Source: Antedon mediterranea (Eukaryota; Animalia; Echinodermata). Taken from it: DNA of 64,000 bases. Both the position numbers and the translations under genes were made by a program. The notes beneath the pieces were generated by a model. The model made no database searches. It was not told the DNA's origin and saw nothing but the letters and a program-made list of their open reading frames with translations. The DNA is taken from NCBI RefSeq assembly GCF_964355755.1, contig NC_092671.1, forward strand, positions 25,370,070 through 25,434,069, written 5' to 3'. Shown here piece by piece: positions 51,165-64,000 of the stretch; position 1 is the stretch's first letter; each line of letters starts with the position of its first letter.

Positions 51165-54100
51165 GTATGTTTAAGCTTATAATTTCTCTTATTTGGGGAG
51201 TGATTAATCGGTGTCAATCCTTGGCACATAAACAAAATGAGTATCAGACCAATACTAATATTAATACTGTACCAACTTCTACTTTTTTATTTTGTTTTTA
51301 ATTTTAGGAATGTGACGAAAATGACAATGAAAAAAAAACACAATACTACAGTAGTGTGTCCTAATACTTTATTTATTCACTCGAATTTCTACTCTCATCT
51401 TTCTCAAGATAATAATTGAGCGAATTGATTTGATTTTATTCGGTTTCAACATAATTTCAAAAACCCATTTCAGCATAAGATTGCAAGACAATATCAGGGA
51501 ATAGTTACATTACAATTATATAATTTAACTCTTCCCTGGTTTTGCATGTAATTTAACTCTTCCCTGACAATATGAATTCACAAAATTTACAAGCAAATAC
51601 ATGCAGCAAATAATTATTAGAAACCAACGATAGCCCATAAAGTCGAAAGAAAGATCAACTTAATTCCAATTGTGTCCTTTAAAAACAGCATAGACAAACA
51701 CAACAAACAGTATGATATCAAACAAATCAAACACGCATAACAATAATATGGCAGAATGTACCACATGATGTTCCCATTATGTTTAAGTTCACTTGCTCAT
51801 GACTGAGTGGAACAAATTTACACGAGATTCGATTGTTATCTGCCCCCTACTGCCACCTACAATCTAATCTATATCGATTGAGTAAGACTGACATTAGTAT
51901 GATACACGTGTTAAGATGCAATATATTGAATTTTCATTTTCACAATTTGTTTTATTTTAAAGCTATCAATGCAATCGTGTCTTATTTAAAAATTTTAAAA
52001 AATTAACCAACTAGGCTATAAAAGTCATTACATGAATGATTTACAAAGGTGTTACAAGACGTTAACAATGCTTTCATCAGAATTTCAATTTTAGAATGTA
52101 TTAAACAATGTTAAGCTGCCATAATAAAACAAATCAAACTGATAATGTTGATACAGATTGTATCACTAATAGGAACTAGTTTGATTACCGTATTACGTGA
52201 TAACTAAGCAAAAAGCTATATTTTGTTGTCAGTTTTACTCGTTTGGGGATGTGACATTTTTTGTAGGCCTACTGTACTAATGGATAAAAAACTGCATGCA
52301 AAAGACACAAAATTCATAATTTAAAATCCTATAATTTCAGTGCTGTGTGTGTAATTTAGAAAACTTTAAAAAAAATAAAGAATAATTATCTGTTTTGCTT
52401 TTTTTTTTTTCCTTTATTCGAATTCACAAAAACACAATATATAAAATACAAAGAATGAATTCAGGGTAACACAAAAAAGTAACCAAAGGTCTAACTTATT
52501 TCCATTGTGGCCCTTAAGGATAAAAACACCTAAGAATAAACATTTACAATAATATTTGTCTATGGTAGACATCGTGTCGTTTTCCTGATTCTTTCAGTGC
52601 TCGGATGATCTGTCATTGACTTAATGTTCGATCCAAAAATAAGACATGCACAAATATCAAATTAATTAGTTAGTATGTCAACTATTATTTTGCCTTACCT
52701 TTTGATATATTTATAATAGTATAGAAAATACAAGCAAGTAATTTTTAAAAAGTAGATAATATGGAAAATATATTGAAATATTATACAAAATTTTAAAAAT
52801 GTAAATATTAATGATGATATTTGTTTTATCAAACTATATAAATGACAGAAAACATTTTGTGTTTGTCTTGTGTGGGGTCGTCGCACTTTTATTATAATTC
52901 TCTGTTTTATATATAAAAATAACGGTACATTTGTAACAATTAATTATTCGCATGAATATTTCTATTGTATATTGCTACGATTGTTACAGTGTTAAAAGTA
53001 GTTAAAATGCAGGCATATTTGCATAAAAAGATGATTGATTTCAATATAAAACCATATGCTTTCATTTACAATTTTAAATAAGAAGTTAATTAAAATATAA
53101 AGATAAAACATGGTAATAAAATTCTATGAACTGTCATTGAAATCGTTCTTATAAAATCTTGTTCATGTTCGGGTAGAGAGGCTATAAACTCAGAGGAGGA
53201 GTATAAATGAATAAATAATAAATGACAGAAAACATTAGAAAATAAAAAAAACTATAAGATAAAAATTCGAAATATTATATGAAAATGTTATGGTTATTAT
53301 ATGACATTAACAAAAGTATTTTTCACGCCACGAAAGAGAGAAAAAATATTATCATTTTGCTGCGCCGTGTGAATTATTGTATACCATAAAACTATAATAT
53401 AGTTCCATGGGTATACCTATGCTGTAAACCCATTAAATATCTCCCATGACGCAAGAGGGCCATGGGTTAATAATTCTTAATATTAAACTACCATTCATTT
53501 AACATGGTAAATGCGCAAATAAATTGTTTTACTTGTCACGTACCATTAATAATCGATATGCTCTAAAAATGACGCACTCGTACTCACCATGAAGGAATGC
53601 GTTTAATTATTCCTCCATGCACGTGCCATTCACGCAATAAAAATCCATATTCATTTGAGTACATTTATTTTTACATCTCCCTGCCAGGTTATGCCGTTCT
53701 GTTAATATAGCTGTGGTTGTTACCAATTAGAAAATTGTTTATTGTAACTTGTTATTGTATATATCTTATTGAGACAAAAATTAATTCATTGATATTTGTT
53801 ATTGATTTATTTGTCAGTGGCTCAAGCTACCCTACGTTTTTTCTCTTTTTTTTTGGTTATTATTTAGGCCTAATATTATTGACTATTACTATAACGTCCG
53901 CGTTTGAAAGTAAAATAACCTTATGAAGTATGTTATCAGGAAAGTTAAATGTATGTAGGCCTATCATTTTGAACGAAAGCTTATGATCTTCCAAACTAGA
54001 ACAAAACATTATATTCCTGTTTATTTACGGTATAGATTCTTTTAAAAATAAATGTGTAATGACATTATCCGCAATGATCTTAATATTTCTCAAGGCTAAT

Positions 54101-55379
54101 AATAACTATAATACGCTACCCTTATCTTTTCACTTTCTGAGGATTTATTATTTGTATGGCATATGTTTCAATAACTTATTAGCTCAATATAATATTAATT
54201 TTATCCACATTTACCTGCAGGCATTAAAAAAATTAATATTCTTAATTGTTTTTATGTTGCGTTTTATTGACATTGAGCATTAATTTTTAAACTGTTTATA
54301 GTGTATTTGGAGCTTAATTAATAGTAAAGAAAGAAAAAAAATCATTAAACTATTATAGCTATCGTTTTATGGCATAAGAGCGACCAAAAAAATAAAAGTT
54401 GGAAAACACTAAAAAGACAAAACCGAGCCGAATAATCGATCACAGGATTCTCATACGGTATTAACTTTAATTTTAATCAAGCGTTTCTGACGAATGTTCA
54501 TTCATAATAATAACATTTATTTCTTTCTCTTTCAAAGTAAACAAAATAACAATTGAAATATAAATAATTACGAGGCAATGAATATAATATGAGTGTTTAT
54601 GTTGAAAGCTGCTATATATACAATATATTTACATGAAAACAGTCAGTAAGCTTAACGTAGCTTTAGAAATGATATAAATGTAGACAAAATGTTTATACGT
54701 ACATTGATTCAAAAATAAAATACATTTTATTGGCCTATGGCAAGTTATATATTAGTATTAGCTATCCGTCGAGTTATAAGCCTTCACTCCATTAGGCCAC
54801 TTTCTATACTCTCATTACAGAATTGACTCTGTTGTTAATTGACAGTTTTTTTTTTATTTATAAGTAGCACCATTGGACACGGCAATAAATTTCTGAGGCA
54901 GTCGATTTATATTTTAAGTTCTATTCCAAAATTGTTTATATCTACCAAGCTATCTTCTTTGTTTAATACTCTTTCCACCCTCTATTCACCAGTTTGTGCC
55001 ACTTTTGTGTTTATTTCTTGATTTATTCCAGTTCACTCAGGCAGCGCTTGTCTGCTTATTCTATCTATTTATTCAACAAGAATCTTCATCGACAGTAAAC
55101 AATGCCATAGTTTCTGGCCAGTTTACATTTCACAACCCAGTCTGGACACATGGTCTTGTTTGGCCAGTCCACACCCAACTTTGAGACAATGCTATTGTTT
55201 TTAGCTTGTCTCACCCTGCTTTTCACACCTATCAGAAAAAATGCTCTTCTATAGCAAGTTTCCATTCACTATTGTTTTTGAGAAACAATGCTCTGCTATA
55301 GCTAGTTTAATTGATTTCGCCATGTGCAAACCTTCAAACAATTTATTCTATCTACTTGTCAAAGTACACTCACTTGCAT

Positions 55380-55800
55380 TGATGAAGGGCTAGTGTTGCC
55401 CGAAAGCTCTGCTACTTTTTCTGACTGTTTTACTTTATCGTTTTGATTTAGCTTTTTGATTATTTTATTTTTGTGTCTCCATTGAGATTCAGCCACTGAT
55501 ACCCACAGCATTGTCATTATTTTCAGTAATTTGCCTTTGGATTTATATATATATATATATATAAAATATAAATAAGCTAAATCAAAACGATAAAGTAAAC
55601 AGCCAGAAAAGTTAGCAGAGCTTTCGGGCAACACTAGCCCTTCATCAGTGCAAGTGAAGGAATTTGGATAACGTCATAGTATAAAGCTGGCAAGTGCTGC
55701 CTGGTTGGACAGGAATAAAAGAAATATAACAAAGGGAGCCAGGGTGGAGTCTGAATAAGAGTAGAAAACAAAGAAGGTAGCTTGGTAGAGATATAAACAA
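55380..55800. repeat. Inverted repeat pair (foldback) of the 50.1 kb repeat family
   Basis: 55380-55455 is the reverse complement of 55574-55648, with a (TA)n run in the spacer. Confidence 0.8.
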
Positions 55801-57287
55801 TTTTATATATAAACAAATCAGGCAAAGAACTATATATATATTATGTTTATAACTGTTTTTTAATGCACACGTGTTTATTGATGGTGATTGTGTGAAGTCA
55901 AAATTAAATTTACCAAAGGTAGTACAGTGATTACCTACCAATCACAGAAAAGCACCAAATGAAAAGATGGGATAACCATACACAAATGCCTACACCGCCT
56001 AGACAGAAATTAGAAACTTTCCAAACAGTAGAAAATTCTTAGTTTGCAAACAAAGTTTGGTTATGTTTCCTTCTTTTCTGCAAACTTTCTTTCAGAGAGA
56101 AACATTGTAAAATCAAACTTGTTTAAGTCAAACAACAAGTATAGTATCAGATAATTATGAATTGTCTGTTAGAATTTAGGGATACATATTATTATACAAA
56201 AATAACGAATGTTTTTTCGTTGAATACTGCCATTTAGCAAATACAGATCATTTATTATTTTTAGAACACACATACTGATCTGAATTAAACTTCAATTAAT
56301 CCGCTGCTTCCATCTTTTGCTTCTTGCTCTCTATATTGCACTGCCTCTACGTGGTTGCGTTGTGTCCTAGATACTGTGGCATACCAAGCTTTTGTGGTGT
56401 CGTTTTACACTTCTGATTACATTTTGATTAAGCTAATGTATTTTATTGTATTTCTAGTAGTTTTCTCTATCAATCGATAAAAACATGACTGCTGATTGTT
56501 TACATATTATCTATTTGTAGTCGGAGATTGTTTTATATCATTGATGTTCAACATTAATGCTTGTTCTCGTTCCTCCACTGTAAGAGCTATCAATTGAATA
56601 TAGTCGGAGAATTATTATTCGCGTCACGTAATAGCCATCCGAGAATGACCGACTACATCCTTTTACAATCTTCTTTTGACGTAAACGTTGTTTTCTCGTT
56701 TACGCACATTTTTAATTATTTACAACTGTTCTGCACACCTTTGGGTGATAATATTACCACTACTACTGCTACTACTACTACTTAATATATTTCAAATAAT
56801 GTAAATATTATGTTGTAACAAACAACAATCCTTCCCCCCACCCCTTAATATTTAAAACAATTATAATTCTGGCATGTTTTGAACATAGGGTCAGTTTTAT
56901 AAAACGTGCTTTCCAAAAAATATCATCTTAACATTGATTTGTAAGTTAAAGATTTTTAAAATAATAAGAATACCTGGTTTGATAAATAAAGACTCTTTTT
57001 TCACTTAAATACGTACTTTTCAACTACGTTAAAAATATTGATAATTCCATCTCGTGAGTAGGCCTACGTCATCTTCGTGGCACTATTTAAAGGGCAATCC
57101 TATTTATATTATTCTTTATTCGCCGGCCTGTACTTTTGATATCCAAGTATAAAAACATAATAATCCTTTATTCACATAATACACCATTACATAATACATC
57201 ATTAACATTCAATACTATGAAAGGTACGTCAGAACATCAAGATACCAAACATGATACAAATCACTACTGATTCATTTACAATAATAA

Positions 57288-58069
57288 TCTATATATAAAT
57301 TATGGTTAATTCTGACATAGGCGAGCACAATGGAAAAACCTCTAGACGAATCTCTGCCTTGGATACCTACCGGATCTATCTCAGATGTACCGCGAAATGT
57401 AAATTTGATAACATTGGTTTTCACTATTAAGATATTATAAAGAGTTTTAAAACAACATTTCTGGTTTCATCGGTAGATTTTCAACTCAATTTCAATTGTA
57501 CGCGGTCAAAGTAATTTCCGGGTTCACGATGAATTCACGAGTTCACCTTGCAACTACCTGGTTTCAACTAAGTTTTCCGTTAGTGGCTATAGCCATTTTA
57601 GTTTCTTGTTTATTTTCTGATTGGACCGCGTGTGAAGGTACAGTAATTCAAAAAAGAAAAATTATGCTGCAGATTAATAAAGATCAAATTAAATATACGC
57701 CATAAAGCATCGGAATACATTGTGGGGACTACTAGGCCTATTATAAAATTACATAGGGAGATCTAATGATAAGACATTTTGTTTATAATCGAGTGAAATC
57801 CCGATAGCCGAGTTTAATTGAGTAAGCTGGCAGGACTAACTGTAGGCTATCTGTGTACGTCCCGTTAGGACCGAGATGTCTGCCCATGTTTTTCAAGCCG
57901 TCTAAAACGTCTTCCTTCTGGGGCCGAAACGGCCCACTGTGTTGCGGAAGTTAGTTTCAAAAGAAAAACGTACAAGGAGAACGCACTTTTTACCCGAGTC
58001 ATTATCATTCCGAGAATCATCGCCTACACTTCCTAGAGGGGGAGCGAGCGAAGCGAGCTCATCCTCTAG
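57288..58069 (+). mobile_element. Complete non-autonomous Helitron (782 bp)
   Basis: Inserted between A and T. 5' TCTATATATAAA, 3' GC-rich hairpin GAGCGAGCGAAGCGAGCTC (extended by CTAGAGG/CCTCTAG) and terminal CTAG|T. Confidence 0.88.
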
Positions 58070-61000
58070 TGTTATCAAATTTGAATACATGATATTGTAA
58101 ACTAATGTATCCTATGGTTTACACGACAGGCAGTACATTAATTGGAGCATTTGGGAAAGTTATAATGTTCAATTAAGATTAATTGTGGTATTATTTGAAT
58201 CAATCACTCTGTAAGTGATATTCACACCTTCCTGGCTGTAATAAAAGCCACAATCATAATATTGTATACAGTAGGCCTACATAAAAAAGCAGCACTCGGA
58301 TTGCAGTGGCAGTGGAGTAGAACAGTGTTCTACACAGTCGATTTGCGAAACATTAACATAATATGTAAAAATGCTGAACGTGCAATAGAACCATTAAATA
58401 GAACTTTACCGTGTAATAGAACTAATACTGAACAACACGTGATACAAAATTAATCAATCAAATGATTGATAGATATCTTATTCGACACTTATTCGACTGC
58501 CTACGAATAAGTATAGCAATATACAACAAAATGAATTAAGTTATTTGTTCCATTGCACGAATATAAAAACATTATTTATTTGTTAAATTAATTCGCTAAA
58601 ACATTAGACCAGCCAATTGAAAAGTGAGCACGGAGTAGAACAATCACAGACGACACACGCAACAGACATATAACGAAATTCAACTCGCATATAACAAAAT
58701 TGCATTCTTGATGACGTAAGGATTCATTGGAGAAGTTTATTTAATATCATGTGACACATTAATGCATAATTTCTTGAAATTGAGTTTTCAAAGGTAGTCT
58801 AAGCCTACATTCTAATTCCCCGCGTTACACAAAATCTCAATTATAAGATGTGATCGTCGCCATTATTGCTAAGAAATAAATATTCTTTAAAAAAATTCAA
58901 ATTTCAAAACTTTGGATGAAATACAAATTTGGTCTGATATCATTTGATCAATAGGCCTAAATTTTTGTTTTCATTGTTTATAAATAGGTGAATGAACGAG
59001 AAAATGGATGAAAGAATGATCCGACTGAACGAACATTATGAACAAAAAGTGCGACTTTACAACCACTTTGATTGCCTGCATATTGATGACGTCACACTCT
59101 TATAATTACATTATTTGCAGGCAAGTAATAGTGTTTACTTTAATTGCATCATCGAAGTAGGCACATTGCTGATTGAAATTATGTGTACTGTTTTTAAAAT
59201 GTCAATCATTTCGGCCGTATATGCTACGCTTCCGGCGGACACGAAGCGTTGTCATCTTGTTGATTGTTAGTTTAACTTGTAATCTTTGAAGCAAGCAACC
59301 TATTTTTACGACTGTTTGATAGATAGAAATATACCACAATAGAATTGAACCAGGAAAGAGAAACGTAGAATCCGAACCATATTCCTATGCATGAATAATG
59401 TCTATTGAGTCGTATGTTGTCAATATTGAGTGTCATTATTCAAAAAACCGTAAAAAATCCGCGTTTCCCGCTCGATTGGTCAACAGCGCACGCTTCCGTT
59501 TGTTAGTGAGAAAATCTGTTGAAATCTATTCGATGAAATTATTTTAAGAATCCGAATTATTTATGGAATTAGATTTGTTGTATAGCGCGTAGCAGCACCA
59601 CGCTTGACGAGATTGCATGCGTGGATATGGAAAAACTCAAGCCTACGTCTTCATATTCACGAAACTTAAACATAATGTTTAAAAAATCCAATCTTATCAT
59701 ACCATAAAAAAACATGGTTCTTGTTACCAAAGGTCACTATTATTTGATACATTAATTAAAAAACATTTAACAATAATATAGTACATTCAAGTTTAAACCC
59801 ACCCATAAAAATAATAGCGTCTCAGTGGACAATGAAATCAATGCAATTTATGATCACATTCTTAAATGCGTTGCTTTTTACTAATAAAACAACAACATTA
59901 TTTTAAAATATATACAAAAACATTATTTATCAAAAGGATTATAACAGAATCATGAAGAAGAAGAAGAAGAAAAAGAAGAAGATAAGTTCACACTAAGCAA
60001 GGTGGTCGGATAAAAACGGGATGTATTTTGGAATAAAGCCGTTCACTTAACTCGCATTCCAGATTCTGTACAAAACGTATGTGAGTCGAAACACTTCACG
60101 TAGCTCGGCGATGTCTCCCACTATCGTACCGATTCCGGGGCTCAGTGAGAAGTTGAGTGAAAGGAGTTACATAAATAGTCATAATTGGAATACATGTCAC
60201 ATATTAAAATGCAAAAACCTCATATTGTACTAAGAAACGTTGTATGGTATGTATATAAAATAGGTCTGGTTATCAAATTCTTTTAGTACATCGTGCATCG
60301 GTTGATTATTCCAAAATTCAGTACATATTGCAAATTGCTATCTCTTTGTAATTGCAAATCGTGTCAACACTTTAATACCAATTGTTAATAATTCCAGTTA
60401 TTTGAATTTAATTACTAAATATTACATGTGGTGCCGAGTAAACTACTAAGACCTTTTGCCTAGTCACGTACGCCGATTTATTTTTCTCTGTAAATCTAGG
60501 TTTCCAGTCAGTGTTCGCATCTTAAATTCAAATTGATGAACTGATTTGTTACATTTTCAAGATTGTGTAAAACTGATGAATGAACGTATGGATTAAGGGA
60601 GAGTGCATTATAAAGAGGAGTGAATCATAAAACCTTTCACCACAAACCCCTCTCCCACCCACAATATATTGATATCAACTCGAGTACTTAAACAACCATA
60701 TCACATAACGATTTTCTGCTGTTGTGACAAAGTTTTATCGTAGATGTTTTTTTTTTTCTATAGGGTATGGAGACAATTTGCCTATAGCAAGTATATGTAT
60801 CTGCTGAATTAAACATTATAACAAGAATAACAATCACTGTAGTGATGTGATCGTATTACTTGATCTTACGACATTATATTCACTAATCTAAATGTAAATT
60901 TTCCAAAATAATTTTACTTTATTTTTTTTATATTCAGATATTGGAATTTGGAATATAATAATGTTTCCAATTTTGTAAGCTAATAGGCCAACACTCTTTA

Positions 61001-62589
61001 TTTGTAGTGTCACAGTGCGAAATGCTATTACGTTATATTATACATTTTAGGTAAATTAACTATCACACACTATGCTTAAAAAAGTACACTTCCATGACCT
61101 TGTTTTTGTGCAATTATATTAACACAATTAATCATTAAAATTTACATTTATATAATGAAAGCAATACGTCGTCTCAGACTCATTGATTATCAAACATTTT
61201 CTATAATGTATAACCTCTGGGCCTAAGTAATATTGTACGCAGATAAGTGCACGAGGTGACAGTGTTGTCATGGTGTGTATTGTAATGTATATTAAATATA
61301 ATTAAGGAGGTTTAAATATGGTGTTTTCAAACGAATTACGTAAACCTTAAAGATAGATCCCAACATGCAACGCGCAAATTCCGCCAATTTATAAACAAAT
61401 CGATCTGCGCCGGCGTAGGTATTACGGAAACCTTAGTTATGTTCATATTTATAACTTACGTCCAATAAAAACGTTAACCGTTTAATTACTTGAATTATTG
61501 CATCATTTATTATACGAAAAATGTTCTGTTTTTGTTTAAGTCAACAGAAAGAATATTAGTTATCAAATACATATAAATGAACTCGATCATCTATCGTACG
61601 AGTAAAATACGCAATACTTTACTTTACAAAACGCCCTGTCGTCTAGGAAAAAAAAACATTAAGCGCAACTGTTAAGGATGCGCTTTATGAAAATGTAATG
61701 ACATAATCAGGATTACGACTTCCACCCAAAAAATTACTTTATTATATAATAATAATTTGTATTGTCTTTCTTTCTTATAGGCTATATACATAATAGATCA
61801 TAACTTAAGTAAAAGAAGTTTTGGCCTTTAATACTGTATAAATAAAACTTAAATTACGTATATCATTTCTGCTGAACAATAGAGGCGGCAAAACTTACAT
61901 ACTAATAAAATAAATCACTGGAGTTATTATTTTGACTGAATGATATGGAATCAGTAATTAAAGATTCTACACACATTTTTTATCATAAACTAAGCATCAT
62001 AAAGAGTTATTAAATGGTCTTTGACAAAATTGAGAATTGAAATACTAGACGTAATATTGATTTGTCCCGGTCCTATATCTTGTTTGAGCTCACAACTATT
62101 GAGATAGAACAATGTCCATTCAAAATTATCATTACAATTACTGTTATTAAGTTCTCGTAAAAATGATTTCAGAGCTATAATACATGTGTAATTATTAGTA
62201 ATTAATTGAGTCAATTTCCATTCTTGGTTAAAACTCTTGAGATCCTAGCAACAAGCACGATAGCATCATTTGAATCTCGAGGACTATTTACACGATCACA
62301 TTGTTAATTTGATGCAAAATAAATGACCGAAAACCTGCTTTATACGATTCTCTTATATTTAATAGAAAAGTCGCGTGGAAGTTGACGTATTTACATCAAA
62401 ATCACATAAACTAACACGCCTTCTTATACCGTTCAATGCAGTAGTGATACTCCATCATCATGGAACGCACCTTGTGTCGAATCAATTTGCGTAAAAGATG
62501 TGTTATCTTTAAGTGGCAGTGGTATGTTGACATTCTTGGCTTGCCATACTAATCAGTTGTTGACTTGTCCAAGATCCTACTTTCAACAA

Positions 62590-62810
62590 ATGATTGGTAA
62601 CATGATGACGTCATGAGCGAACGATTGGCAAATCTAATTCTCCAGGCTCGGAGTATAAATAAGGCTTCGTCGATGTTCGATGAATTAATAGAACCCGTAA
62701 GTCACTCACGCAACAAATGATATCGACGATTGATATTCACAAACATTGAAACGAGACGACAAGATAATTTGGACGGTAATTGTTCGCCCCAGCAAAAATT
62801 ACACAGAGAG
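62590..62810 (+). promoter_or_regulatory. TATA promoter with CRE and two inverted CCAAT boxes, followed by a probable non-coding first exon
   Basis: ATTGG at 62593 and 62624, TGACGTCA at 62606-62613, TATAAATA at 62654-62661, and donor GAG|GTAAGA at 62811. Confidence 0.6.
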
Positions 62811-64000
62811 GTAAGAACGTAATTGTTTTCTCAGATTGTGGGGTAGTTTTGCCGAAGAAAGCTACAGTATTATTATCTTTTAGTTATTAGACAAACTATT
62901 CTTTTTTTTTTTAGTTTTAAATTTTAGCCTATTGATTTTAATCTAGTAAATTTACTGTAAAATGTATACGGCGCTTTTGATTGTGTATATTGAATATTAT
63001 ACGGTGACAGTACAGTGTGTTAGGTTATTTGGATACAATATAAATCGCAAAGTTTCTAAAGTGAATGAATCAACTTAAGTATTAGAATCATTATCTTGAC
63101 ATTACCACACGACATACTCTTAGTCTTAAAAAGTTAACTGTAATTTAATAGTAGTATCCAATACTAAAATGACATACTTTTTTGAAAGTTTAACTTATTG
63201 TTTTGCTATAGCATATATGTTATTTAGTTAAGAGGGCAAATTAAATAAAATACTGCGAAACAGGTAAATTCGAAATTTATACACGAAAATGCATGTGTCT
63301 TTTCTAAACTTTTTCAAAGCAACGATTTCCATTTTTAAACCCTTAGCTTTTAAACGCGTATGGGAGGATCAGAAAGTGAGTCACGAAGTATCAAACGAAG
63401 GCCTAAACATTTTCCAAATTCTGTAGAACTTTTTTCTAAATTACATTCAGCGCCACCTACATTTTAAAGGCATTGGAGACGGGCGTCACCTTCAATTTAG
63501 ACTATTTCAAATGACCATATATAAGGATAATTAACACGTAAATAACAAATGAAAAATTATTATATATAAATCGTGTTAATTTCTCCCGAAATTAATCGGC
63601 TGAAAAGAGCAAACAAAATCACTGGCTCAGTTTCGACAATTATATTTTACTTGATAACATTCCATAGACGAAATCTAATAAAATATACCGTACAATTATA
63701 AAAACACGGAGCGCTGACATGCTAACGTTTAAAATAATCCCAGTTAAACTAAAAGCATACTCACTAAATGGTAATAGTTTCTTTCCATACATTAGTCTAC
63801 ATTACGTGGTTGCAATAATTATTGCGTATTAATGTTTCCTAAAATATTAACAGGAACTTGCTGTATAACAGTTGGTTAAATATAAAGTGTTTAAAAGCAT
63901 TTTAACTTTTAAACAAAATAAGGAGATGTATTGCTCATTTGTTTAAAAGTTGGAACGTTCTTAATGAGTAGGCAAATAGTACTCTAAAACAGTATTTAAG

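Noticed and set aside
44000-64000. Short ORFs of 60-137 aa in the distal third of the window
   Set aside because: They have AT-driven composition, no recognisable domains, and many overlap repeats.

Overview
AT-rich, intron-containing animal genomic DNA, probably a marine invertebrate (inference), with no prokaryotic features. (1) A complete 14-coding-exon NOP58 gene on the minus strand (339-9672, about 532 aa). It hosts four intronic box C/D snoRNAs (two SNORD70-like, two SNORD49-like). It also has a K-turn-capped hairpin lying over the predicted branch point of intron 5, which is the most interesting signal in the window. (2) A 6-coding-exon JMJD4 gene on the plus strand (15999-36923, about 541 aa), divergently oriented from NOP58. 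(3) A frameshifted, divergent nicotinic-receptor-like Cys-loop channel pseudogene on the minus strand (38503-43648). (4) Probable promoter and 5'UTR exons of a plus-strand gene continuing beyond the window. The rest is dense with MITEs, Kolobok-like and Helitron/Helentron-like elements, SINEs, LINE and BEL/Pao remnants, two minisatellites, two tRNA-Val pseudogenes, and many TA-GGC/GCC-TA and TA-CAG/CTG-TA motifs that look like transposon excision footprints. All calls were made by eye, and family names rest on recalled motifs rather than searches.
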